From Lama guanicoe (lineage: Eukaryota): a stretch of 64,000 nt of DNA. Shown here piece after piece: positions 1 through 10,109 of this stretch (the stretch's first letter is position 1; every line of letters begins with the position of its first letter). Made by a program: the position numbers and the translations under genes. Below the pieces are notes generated by a model. That model saw only the letters and a program-made list of their open reading frames with translations. It did not search any database and had not been told where the DNA came from. The stretch spans positions 14,126,738 through 14,190,737 of the forward strand of contig MU057355.1 in the NCBI GenBank assembly GCA_013239625.1. The letters run 5' to 3'.

Positions 1-969
1 CCAGCTCTTGTGGGGAAGGGGACTTGCCAAAGACATAAAGAGAAAACTTGGCCACGTAACAACACACCCATGTTACGCTAGGGGAGACATCAGTACTAGC
101 AAGGGAGGCGTTGCCTGTGTTGTAGGTGCTTTACCTGGAAGAAGTGGAAGGACCCTGAGCCGTAAGGATCTGATGAGAGCTAGGACCCTAGAGAGAGGGC
201 TGTGGGGATGGGGCTGGGTGGAGATAACAGAGAATGAAGCTCCTGATGCCCCTAGGAGGTAGACTCTACAGATTGTTAGGATCCTGGATGGAAAATATTT
301 CAAGCCATCCTTGCAACTCCGTGACCAGCTAACTGGAAGACCATCTGCTTATGAATTGTGCCTCTCTGCCGTCTTAACGTGTTAGGGGCAGAGCTAAGAG
401 GTTATGAGTGTTATCCTATCTAGAGTGAGTTTGCGGGGAGGGGTACCAGGGCTAGTGTTTCACATTGGCCTTCATACATTGCCTCAAGTGCTCAACTTTT
501 CCCTTAACCTTGCCCTTTTCTGCGTTCTGTCTGCTGCCTGGAACACTGTGCTTGGATAACTTCAGTGTATCCTTCAGACTCCTCTGAAAGGTCCCTACCT
601 CAAAGAAGGCTTTATAGAAATCCACACCCCCTCCCCGTCAAATGATGGAGCTCCCCAGCTTAGACTGCACTCTGTACTTTTTACTTCCTTGTACTTACCA
701 CATGTTGTTACCATATATATTTATTTCTGTGATTATTTCTTTAATATTCTTCTCTTCCAGGAAGTTAGGGCAGGAACAGGTTTTCTCATCACAGGTCTTA
801 GTACCTATCCCAGCATATGGCAACAAAAAAGCTCCCCTTGGAGTTTTATCAATCATTGGCCAGGTTTGCTCATGAGTGGCCTTCAACACTACCAGCCAGT
901 GTTTACAATAATTATTAAACCTCAGGTGAGTGAAGCCCTGATGGGAATGGTTGAAGGAACACCTCAACT

Positions 970-1000
970 TGCAGTAATTATTCTGGCCACCAGGGGTCTC
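970..1000 (+). promoter_or_regulatory. Candidate CTCF site with upstream module
   Basis: TGCAGT-N8-TGGCCACCAGGGGTCTC, compared with core consensus TGGCCACCAGGGGGCGC. Confidence 0.55.
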
Positions 1001-1059
1001 TTTCTCCCCATCTGGGAGCCAAAAGAGCTTGAACTCTCCTGTGTCTTTATGGTTTTTTG

Positions 1060-1222
1060 CAGCCTTGCTGTTCAGTGTGGCTGGAGTATACCACCTCTGC
1101 ATCACCTGGAGGCTGTTAGAAATGCAGACTCTCAGGCCCCACCCTCAGTGGAGGAATCAGAATCTGCATTTTAACAAGCTCCCCAGGTGATCTGTTTACG
1201 CGTGAAATACTGAGAGGTGCTG
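1060..1222 (+). mobile_element. MER5A-family hAT-Charlie MITE
   Basis: GCATCACCTGG...GTTAGAAATGCAGACTCTCAGGCCCCACCC...GAATCAGAATCTGCATTTTAACAAG..CCCCAGGTGAT matches the recalled MER5A1 consensus. Confidence 0.8.
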
Positions 1223-1342
1223 TTCCATAGGACATTCCTAATCTGAAAAACTTGAAAGACACAGAAAAACCCCATCTAAATGTCCTTTTCACTTGGTTCT
1301 GTCCCACTATAATGAAAGAAGTAAAGAGGTTTAGAATTTGCT

Positions 1343-1348
1343 TTTATT
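1343..1348 (-). terminator. ANKRD1 polyadenylation signal AATAAA
   Basis: Plus-strand TTTATT about 730 nt past the stop codon, in an AT-rich context with upstream TGTA motifs on the minus strand. Confidence 0.75.
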
Positions 1349-1856
1349 ATGAATATAAAATGTACATACAACATAATATACATTTACACATTTACAATTC
1401 GCAGTTAATTTTCATCTCTTTTGAGCAAACTCAGTTCTGCCTGGCCCAGTTGGCCCGCTCCTTGCACTGCTCTCCACTTACACTCAACACTTTCTCTTCA
1501 CCTTGGTACGTACAGCACGCGACTTGCTGAGAAATACAGGCCCAGGCGTCAGATGGCCGGCTTTACTGTCCTCGCAGAATCACTTTCATCTGCTTCCTTT
1601 CCTGTCACTGCAGGCCTTCCATGGCCTCAAAATCCCACACTAAAAAGTGAGGGGAAAAGAAGGCTGCAGTAATCCCCTTTGTCTTTCAAAAACCCCTAGA
1701 AACATCTTAGGGATGACCCCTAAGTAGGCGCTGGCAGCGTTGCTGGTTAACACAGCTTAAGAACTATCCATAGGAAGGCTCTGATGTATTACATACACAC
1801 TAAGCTTGTTCGTAAATGGACGATCAGGAAGGGTCTGAATACCAGTGGTCTTGAAG

Positions 1857-1873
1857 TAAATAAATAAATAAAT
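1857..1873 (-). promoter_or_regulatory. AU-rich element in ANKRD1 3'UTR (four overlapping AUUUA)
   Basis: Minus strand ATTTATTTATTTATTTA; fits an unstable, rapidly inducible mRNA. Confidence 0.7.
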
Positions 1874-2076
1874 AGACGAGAATAAATACAAATAGAGTGA
1901 GTTTCACTAAGGGAGACGGCAAGCTCTATATCCCTGTGCTTTCTCAAACCATCACCGGGTGCAGCTTTACCACAGGTGGACAAACAGAAACAGGATTTCA
2001 TGACGAGTGGCTCTTTGGGGTGGTGCTTTCAAAATGCCGGGGAAGAGCACCCCGATGGGGGAGTCTGTCGTTTTTC

Positions 2077-2187
2077 TCAGAAGGTCGCTATGCGAGAGGC
2101 TTTGTAGGAGTTCTCTTTGAGGCTGTCAAATATTGCTTTGGTTCCATTCTGCCAGTGTAGCACCAGGTCCATCGGGGTCTTTCCAGC
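2077..2187 (-). CDS. ANKRD1: ANKRD1 coding exon 9 ([36 protein letters not shown])
   Basis: ATTAG acceptor, TGA at 2079-2077; exon lengths sum to 960 nt = 319 aa plus stop, the known ANKRD1 length. Confidence 0.97.
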   Translation of the reverse strand, partial: AGKTPMDLVLHWQNGTKAIFDSLKENSYKASRIATF

Positions 2188-2250
2188 CTAATCAAAATAG
2201 AGGAAGAAATGTGACTTACCGAAGGGAGATGTCTATAAATTCACCTCTTC

Positions 2251-2277
2251 TGTGTGCGCGCGCGCGCGTGTGTGTGT
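2251..2277. repeat. (TG)n(CG)n(TG)n alternating purine-pyrimidine microsatellite
   Basis: TGTGTGCGCGCGCGCGCGTGTGTGTGT. Confidence 0.95.
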
Positions 2278-2930
2278 TTAATGAGGTAATGGACAGATGT
2301 ATGTTATTGGAGTGTTTCAGGAATCCCATGATGAGTGATTTGCAGCTTATATTCAAACCAGCCCTTCACTGTTTCTCAAGGGAATGCTTTTGGTATTTCA
2401 GATTAGCAATGTTTTTTTTTTCCTGTGAGACTACCCCAGGTACTGGTAAAAATCTTAGTCCCTAGACACTAATGGCACGGGTTAAGCCAAGTCACTTTGA
2501 AATTCAAAAAAAATGCCTCTGTGCATGTCCAGTATCCTGCAAAATGAGCATGAGGAGGTAGCAGTATTCTTCTTGATCGAGAACCAGTTCCTGTCAATGT
2601 GGAAATTGATTCCTAATGGATAAAAACTGGTGGTAGAGCTGCTTCAACATCTTAGGTTAAATACGCAGGTACTGCTCCAGGGGATAGATTTTTCACAACT
2701 GCTCAGAAGTTACATTGAGCTCTCCCAGGAAATTTATTTTCTTGGAGGTGATATCCAAGAATGCTGTATGAATAAATAATTTTTGAGACCAACCTTTTTT
2801 TTTCTTACCTTATGCAAATGCCTCAAGATATTTACAAAAATTAAAACTATGTCACCTCTCAATTCTTGTCTTTAAAATGAGAGGTCCTAAAATTTTCCAT
2901 CTCTATTCATTCAGAAGTCTCTCTCTATCC

Positions 2931-3247
2931 CAGAGATTGCAGACTGGCAGCTTTGAGATGCAGATCAGTCTAGAGACCTGTTTTGGCCCAAACAGAACTT
3001 AGACTGTTTTTTAAAGTTGGAATTCGTTTGCAATCTTTAGATATTAAGAGATTTCCCAACTGGATTTATGATCTCTGAAAAAATTGGACCACTTGGCAGC
3101 ACAATACCCATGATTCCACAGAGCAACAGGGGACCGGCTGAAGAAGGCCCAGTGCCTGTAAGTTCTGTGCAGGCAGCCCACAGCCACTATTTAAGGCATT
3201 CGTGTGATCTCCCTGGCCCCTGTGTGTATTTGAGTTAGTGGCCCTGC
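2931..3247 (+). mobile_element. MER102-like hAT-Charlie element in intron 8
   Basis: TGTTTTGGCCC...GAGATTTC...GGATTT...GGCCCCTGTG..ATTTGAGTT..TGGCCCTG resembles MER102. Confidence 0.6.
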
Positions 3248-3249
3248 AA

Positions 3250-3900
3250 CTTTTATTTTGAACTTCTCACCTTGTAGCATCTTCCTTGAGGAGCACTCAT
3301 CAACAGATATGAAGACAGAGTTTTGGACAACAACAGAGTAATGTATTGTGTGTTGTTTCCAGTTCCCTTCAAGATGCTATCCAGTAGCTTAGAGGCCTTT
3401 TTTGGAACATCCATCCATTGAGTCAATGGCATTAGTAGTTCCACAACCCTTATACTGGCATCTAACTGATAATTCAGAGCCATGAGCCCTATTTCTATAT
3501 TTTGGGCTATTCCATGAATTCCTGGAACCCTTACCTGGCTGCATACACAGAATCCCCAAATCTGTATGCTGTTTATCTCTGTAGCTTTGAGGATTTCATT
3601 GAATCTACTCTTTCTGCTGATTTGTTTAAATTATTTGATAAAACCAATCCAAATTATCAAGGATGAGAAGACCCTACTGTTAACACTTTCCCACCTGAAG
3701 AAGTCTCTGTTTATTGCATTTATTTTCTGTTCTTGTCACCAGGATAGGTTTTTGGTGGGATTTTTTTGGGTGGTAAAGTATTCCTCTCAGTCTCATAGGG
3801 AACACAGTAAGAGGAAGAAATTATTCACAGTATAAGATGACAGTGTAAGAAAGACTTCCTTCTTTGTAAAGTGATTCTCCAAAAGCTTCTTTCAAATTTC
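3250..3900 (-). mobile_element. Degenerate CR1/L3 LINE ORF2 (reverse transcriptase) fragment in intron 8
   Basis: Minus-strand peptides AINRDFFRWESVNSRV, GLVLSNNLNKSAEKSRFNEILKA and KKASKLLDSILKGTGNNTQYITLLLSKTL are collinear with CR1 RT motifs. Confidence 0.7.
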
Positions 3901-4656
3901 TTCTTCAGTACTTTACACTCATTCCTCCCAGTGACAATTTTAAAGTTTGTATTAGATGATGCTTGTCTGGGAATTGGGACCATGAGGACGATTTGGTTAT
4001 ATTCTCTGGCTTACAGATGAAGCTACATTAATACATACTTGTAAATGGAACTTATACAAGCATCTTTGGGGCCTAAATATAGGAAATTATTTTGAGGGAT
4101 ATGCAGATAAACCAAAGTGAAGAATGAATAGAAATTATCTCAGTAATATAGGCAAAAGCATGGCTCTCCTTGGAAGAAAGTGGTAGCATGCAATACTGTT
4201 GTGAAGAGAGGACTGTTCAGAAATACTTGAATTAGATATTGATAAATGTGAGTTCCTTGGCCCTTGGCTGCGTTGACCACTGTGGGATTTTCAACAATTT
4301 CAGGAATGGTGGGTGTCTTTATTCCTGACTACCCCAGGCCTTGCTTAGCCAGAGATGGCCAAGGTGGGCTGTGCTCATGTCTGTGAAGGTGGACAGTTTG
4401 GCCAACTTTTATTTCCAAGGCCAAATTTCAAAAGAATTACTAGATGCTGTATTAGGCACTGAGTGACAGCAGTCATTGTGGCTTCCCCCGAGCCCTTGCC
4501 AAGGTTAGCAGTGTCCTTATGGGAATGAACAGGGGCATTTAAACCCTCGAAAGACCCCTAAAATACTACCTACTGTTGTAAGACTCTTCAAGTAGGTGAG
4601 ATCTACTTTCGTTCTCTAGGAAACCCGCAAGTAGGGCCCCTGGCTTGAGTACTTAC

Positions 4657-4755
4657 ACAGTTCTTGACATTGAGGTCGGCACCATACATGATCAGGAGTC
4701 GGATCAGCTTGTACCGATTCAGTCTCACGGCGTCGTGCAGCGGGGTATCTCCTTC
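4657..4755 (-). CDS. ANKRD1: ANKRD1 coding exon 8, ankyrin repeat ([33 protein letters not shown])
   Basis: TCTAG acceptor, GTAAGT donor, 99 nt, phase 0. Confidence 0.97.
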
Positions 4756-4892
4756 CTAGAGAAGCAGAGTCAACAGGCTTAAGGTGGGCCTGAGGCCGGC
4801 AAGTGGGTCCACAGGGATGTCTGACTCGGACAGTGATTCCAAAAAAATGACGAGTGAAGCTTTAGGAGGCTGAACTTGGCTAGGCTACTCAC

Positions 4893-4991
4893 CCGGTCTT
4901 TGGCGTTGAGGTCCGCCTCACACGCGATGAGATGCTCCGCGCACTCATAGTGGCCGGTCCTCACTGCCACGTGCAGTGCTGTGCTGAGCAG
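4893..4991 (-). CDS. ANKRD1: ANKRD1 coding exon 7, ankyrin repeat ([33 protein letters not shown])
   Basis: CCACAG acceptor, GTGAGT donor, 99 nt, phase 0. Confidence 0.97.
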
Positions 4992-5118
4992 CTGTGGAAT
5001 TGAAGAGCCTGCTCAGCCCCTGGGCTTGAGGACAGAGGCTGTCCCAGACCCCCCAAGAAAGTGGGGAAGTGCAAGAGGGATGGGGAGTGGGGAAGGGGAG
5101 AGGGACCAGGAGGAATAC

Positions 5119-5217
5119 CTTATCCCGGGCATTGATTTTTGCTCCTTTGTTCAGCAACAGTTTTAAGACATCCAGGTTTCCCCCACGGCTTGCCCAGTGG
5201 ATGGCTGTGGATTCAAG
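5119..5217 (-). CDS. ANKRD1: ANKRD1 coding exon 6, ankyrin repeat ([33 protein letters not shown])
   Basis: TTTAG acceptor, GTATTC donor, 99 nt, phase 0. Confidence 0.97.
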
Positions 5218-5569
5218 CTAAACCAGGAAGGTAACAGGACATGACTTAATATAAAGAAGAAACTGGTCAGAGGAATTAGTACTTTGTTTCTAAAGCTCAA
5301 GAACACAGGCTTGCTAGAGCATCCGTGGTGACACTGGACTGTCGTCTAGGTTGCCAATTTTAACTTTCATAGTTGAAGGCTCTTGCCATATGTTTTGGGC
5401 AAACTCTAAGTGTGTGAATGTGGGTATATGTGCTCCTATGTGCATATCTGGGCGCATGTTTGCATCATTAGGAGGCTCTTAATAACCCTAATAAATCTTT
5501 TTCAAAGAGAATAAGAACTACAGTTTCTTGAGAATTCCCTTGGTCCGACAGAGTGTCACATACTCCAGA

Positions 5570-5720
5570 TGTGTTGATCCAACAACACTGTGATGTGGGT
5601 CTTATTGTGCTCATTTTGCAGATGAGAAATACAAGGCTCCAAAATATTCAGATTTCTTTCCCAAGGAAACACAGCTAGTAAGTGGCAGAAGAGACAGTCA
5701 ACCCCACGTCTGCCTGGAAC
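5570..5720 (-). mobile_element. MIR SINE
   Basis: CATTTTGCAGATGAGAAA...CCCAAGG..ACACAGCTAGTAAGTGGCAGA core. Confidence 0.75.
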
Positions 5721-6728
5721 TTTTAACCACTTTCACCAAATATACTCAAAAATTCTAGACATGTATTTTCGAATTCTGGTGGAATGAAAGTAGTCCCTTC
5801 CAAAAGATAGAAATCTGGATCTGACACCTCTTCCCCACGTCCCTTTTGTTTTTCCCTCATCTTTTGTTGGTCCTCTGCTGTCTCCTGTGCTATCACTCCC
5901 TCCGTACCCACCCTGACTCTCATCCCTTGTAGTCACTGCTTACTCATAGGAGCTCTGTTTGGTATATCCCTGGCCCTCCAAATCCCGTACTCATGAATTT
6001 TTCTGTATTTCTATGCAAACTTTGTATTTTGCTTCTTGTTTTTCTGTGTTTATTTCTTTTGGGTTAAATTTTGACCAAGTCCTTTGGACTCTTCCAATCC
6101 CTTTTCTACTTTGCTATCAAGTCAAATTGAGCTGTATTTAAATAAGGAAAGCATTTCCCCAGCTCAAGCTCGTGTTCATAAAGTATGCTGTGTTCTGGTC
6201 TTTGTAGAAATCACAGTGGTTGAATTATTGAGATCTGAATAGCAACTACTTTCCATAGATGCGATTTATTTTGTAGGCAGTCTAGCCCCAAATCTCACTG
6301 ATGGCAATCAGTATCTATCATAGGGTATGCAGCTAGAGAATTCTGAGATGCTGCTAGCAGCCAAGGGGCCAGGAGCAGACTGCCATGGATGATGGAAGGA
6401 CAGGGATACTGAAAGGCAAGTGGTGACTCTCTTACTTCTCATTGATGCTACTGACTTGATAATGACCCAACACTTCAATGAGGAGATTGAATTCTGTCCA
6501 ACAGCTTTCACTTCCTTTTTTTCCCTGGAAATACTCCCCTCCTTTTCATTATGTATGGAAAATACTTTCCACATGACCTAGTCCTATCTCCCTTCCTATG
6601 GAGAAATGAACTGCCTAATGCTCTCAGATCCATTTTCATTCCACTAGGCCCAGTTTTTCATCGTAAGTTTTCTCAAGCTTCATATAGTCTACTTATTTTG
6701 GCTCATTTCCAAACAGAAATATATTTAC

Positions 6729-6827
6729 CATGTCACGGAATTCAATCTGGGCTCCAGCTTCCAGTAGCTTCTCCACGATTGCCAAATGTCCTTCTAAGCA
6801 TGCTCTATGAAGAGCTGTCCGTTTATA
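6729..6827 (-). CDS. ANKRD1: ANKRD1 coding exon 5, ankyrin repeat ([33 protein letters not shown])
   Basis: CACAG acceptor, GTAAAT donor, 99 nt, phase 0. Confidence 0.97.
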
Positions 6828-7856
6828 CTGTGAGAACAGAGATTTAAGAGAGACAGAGAGCAATGCATATATAAAAATGAGCATAAATCCTTTCTACGAT
6901 ATGAAACTAGGGATGCTGCTGACCTAACTGATAGAAACTTGAGTGCTTCTTTAAGAATTAGAAATGTCAAATTTACCAAAATTGGAGACTAGAACAATTA
7001 TTCTGAAACTGAGATCTGCGTTGCCTGCAATATACATCTCTAAGAGCTGAGAGGTCTACCTCAAGGCAAGTGAACATAAAAAGATTCAAAACTACCTAAA
7101 TGCTGACATTTCCCTTTCTTGTGCGCCCTCCTGGTTTGTATAGTATTTGCCATGCTGTACAGGCAGTTTTCCATCTGAGACTGTTGCTAGGTCAAAAAGT
7201 ATTCAGTTTCATTTTTAAGGAAATGGGAGACATTTTTAGTTCATCGTCAGAAATGGTTCCCCATTTCAATTCATGAGGGAGAGCCTACAAAAAGGATTAG
7301 TGGTTGCTGGTAAACTGGCTTCCTATAAACGGATTAATAGGCTATTTGTGCTGGAATAACGTTAGGTGTTATTTCACTCCTGTGTCCTCTGTTTTCCAGT
7401 AAGGAAACTGAGGTCCAGAAACCTGCTAAAAATTGGCTGCTAAAAATCAAATAGGCAGGTAGTGATGGAGCTGGCACTTGGACTCCAGTCTGCAGATGCT
7501 CTGTGTAGAGCTGATGGATTTGAGTCCAATCAAGATACTATATTTCTCCAATGGCGACTCATTGGTCCTGCCTTATTAAAAGTCTCTCCCAAAGGTCTAA
7601 AAATTAAAGACACGCTGAAAAAATCAGCCAGCAGTAGATGAGAGTGCAAAAAAGAATGCCATCCATAGCACTAATCCAGCATTTTCTTTTTTTGGACCAC
7701 TGCACTCTCCTGTTATGTGCCTGGCATGTGTGGCAACAGCTGGGAAGACTGTTTCAGGTGGATTCATTTTTGGCACAATATTAGCACGGCTGCAGGAAAG
7801 CGTAAGAAACACGCAGTTAATGATCTGGCCTTTGCAATGCTTTGCATAAGCCTTAC

Positions 7857-7964
7857 CTCATCACAGACATCTGGATTGTTCTTGTCTGACAAGAATTTTT
7901 CTACTACTGGCAGTTTATTCTCCAGGGCAGCCTTCAGAAACCTAGGTACATCCACAGGTTCTGT
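7857..7964 (-). CDS. ANKRD1: ANKRD1 coding exon 4 ([36 protein letters not shown])
   Basis: TTTAG acceptor, GTAAGG donor, 108 nt. Confidence 0.97.
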
Positions 7965-8110
7965 CTAAAGCCAAAAAAAAAAACAAAAAATAGTGTGAGA
8001 GTTACCATGAGCTCTCCAACATTCAGTCAACACCCCAACCCCTCCCCGATACTTATTCCCCCATTAGCATCACACTGATGTTTAAGACTACAAAACCAAG
8101 CAGCCCTTAC

Positions 8111-8248
8111 GATGATTTCCGGTTCTGGTTCCTTCACGACAGGAACTTTCGCTTTCCTGTATTTTTTCCTCTTCTTCAGTTGAATGATGATTTCCAGGTC
8201 TTCTAAATTTTCAAGCTTTGATCTTTGTTCTAGTTTTTTCTTCTTGAG
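8111..8248 (-). CDS. ANKRD1: ANKRD1 coding exon 3 ([46 protein letters not shown]; coiled coil and basic NLS)
   Basis: TTTTTTAG acceptor, GTAAGG donor, 138 nt; translated by hand because it is missing from the ORF track. Confidence 0.97.
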
Positions 8249-9139
8249 CTAAAAAAGAAATCCAGTTTCAAAATACCAGGTGAGTTCTACTGACAAGCAT
8301 TCTGGTTGTGTCTAAACAAAATTGACAAGTATGTGAATAGTTTGAGCAAAAAAATAAGAAATTTAAAATAAATCTTTAGCTTCAATTTAGTGATTTCTTA
8401 TTCAAGTATTTAGGGATCTAATTGTTCAGCTAATTGCCTCATCTTAGCTTCTCTTGCTTGTGGCATCAACTTTTAATTGGAGATAGGATCTAGTCTCTAT
8501 GTGATAATTTTGTAATTATTTCCATAAACAAACCCCAAATTTCTGTAGAATTTTTTAACATGCTCGTGAAAATTTTTTTTTTACCCAAAAGACTCTAATA
8601 ATAAGTTTTAAGGTCTAAAATATCAATGCCAGTGTCTTTCAGGTGGCCCACGAAGCAGGGCTCATGAAACAGACTGTCCTGGGACTATAGTTAACTGATG
8701 CATATTTTATCTGTGGTTAGTAAGTAATGAAAATTCACCCAGCAGCGTATTTTGTCAACACAGAAAGCAGCCACAGTCAAACAATGATCCATGGACCGCA
8801 AACCACATTATTGGGAAAAGAAGGCTCCCTTGCCTGGGATTAAGTAGACAGTATGAGACGTCAGAAATTCACTGGACATGTTTCTCTTTCCAAGTCTTTC
8901 AGTTAGAACATGGTCATAAAATATTCAATGATTGTTTCAGAATCCAGAGCTCATAGTCTTGCCAAAGAATCATTTATAACCTGTCCAATGGAAGTTGCCT
9001 CCTTATGAGTTAGAATTTGGTAAACAAACATCTTTGGAATAACCAATTTTGTTTCTCTCTCTTCTCCTTCCTGCCTGGCACCTCCATCCCTTACTCCATT
9101 CCCAACGTCCTACTAGTGAATTTCATGCAAAGTTCTTAC

Positions 9140-9319
9140 CTCTGCCTCTCGCTCTTTCTCAATTTTCCACTGTTGCTCCCCCAGGCTCACAAAGTGGGCT
9201 GGAAGTGTTTTCAGGTCCTCTTGTTTCTCTAAAGTAACAGCCGCTTCATACTGTCCATCTCTGAAATCCTCAGGAAGGAACTCCCCAGTCTCCCCACTGC
9301 CATTCTTCTTCCCTGTTAC
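9140..9319 (-). CDS. ANKRD1: ANKRD1 coding exon 2 (VTGKKNGSGE...KEREAE, 60 aa)
   Basis: TTGCAG acceptor, GTAAGA donor, 180 nt, lies within ORF 9113..9325. Confidence 0.97.
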
Positions 9320-9803
9320 CTGCAAGGGAAGAAGACCGCAGGGTGAAAAGTAGCAGGGCTGGTCCTGGGGTCACTGCACAGAGGATGCTGCAGGAGGCCC
9401 CTGGTCCTCTCTCCCTGGTGACAGTGGCCTCTAGGCGGCACACGCTTGGATCTCAGACTGCGATGCATTGCAGCAGTGTTCCAGGATCCCTTCAGATGCT
9501 CGTCGCAGTCTCTTGGTTAAATCAAGGTTTAGGTTAGGTTTATCTATTTGAATCTACTTTTAACCCACTTTATTACATTTCTCCTAGGAAAATCACAACC
9601 CCTTCCCTTCCCCGGCCCTGCCAATTATTTAAAAGTCTTTTCATTTTAGGTACTTTTGATTATCCCTTGCCTTGTGTTGTAATTCCCAGGCATATATTCT
9701 TGCCAGAAAACTTCTCCCCTAAGGCATTTTGATAACTGCATGTCATCCCACACTTGTCTTAAAACCAAAGGAGAAGATATCAATAGGAAATATATAGAGA
9801 ATT

Positions 9804-9810
9804 CATTCCT
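9804..9810 (+). promoter_or_regulatory. MCAT (CATTCCT) in ANKRD1 intron 1
   Basis: Exact consensus match; function not shown. Confidence 0.35.
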
Positions 9811-9985
9811 GCCAGCTCCATTTTTCCAAGATCACTTATTTCATCACATAAACCAACCATTTTCCACATAGGGCATTTTCAGAGTACTGGTGCATTATGC
9901 CTGAAAGGAAAGGGCATTGCAATTTTCAAATAAAAATCAAGGCTGAACCATTTTTCACTGCATAAAAATAACGGGTTTTACATAC

Positions 9986-10012
9986 CAGCTCTTCTACTTT
10001 CAGGACCATCAT
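9986..10012 (-). CDS. ANKRD1: ANKRD1 coding exon 1 (MMVLKVEEL)
   Basis: Minus strand reads ATG ATG GTC CTG AAA GTA GAA GAG CTG then donor GTATGT; matches the known ANKRD1 N-terminus. Confidence 0.97.
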
Positions 10013-10093
10013 GTCGACCTGAAGTTTGTATGTTTTTCTCCTGGGGGATGAACCCTTGAGTCGGTGCTGGGGAGCCCCTCCACTCCAGTCAGC

Positions 10094-10100
10094 TTATATA
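10094..10100 (-). promoter_or_regulatory. TATA box (TATATAA) of ANKRD1; TSS expected near 10070
   Basis: About 85 bp upstream of the ATG; GATA site AGATAA adjacent at 10115-10120. Confidence 0.85.
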
Positions 10101-10109
10101 GCTCGGGCC

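Noticed and set aside
689-1174. Overlapping 161-aa (+) and 136-aa (-) ORFs
   Set aside because: No recognisable domain; they run through repeat-derived sequence (MER5A and a probable L2 remnant); expected by chance
7122-7136. GCGCCCTCCTGG as a second CTCF site
   Set aside because: Spacing does not fit the core consensus without a gap
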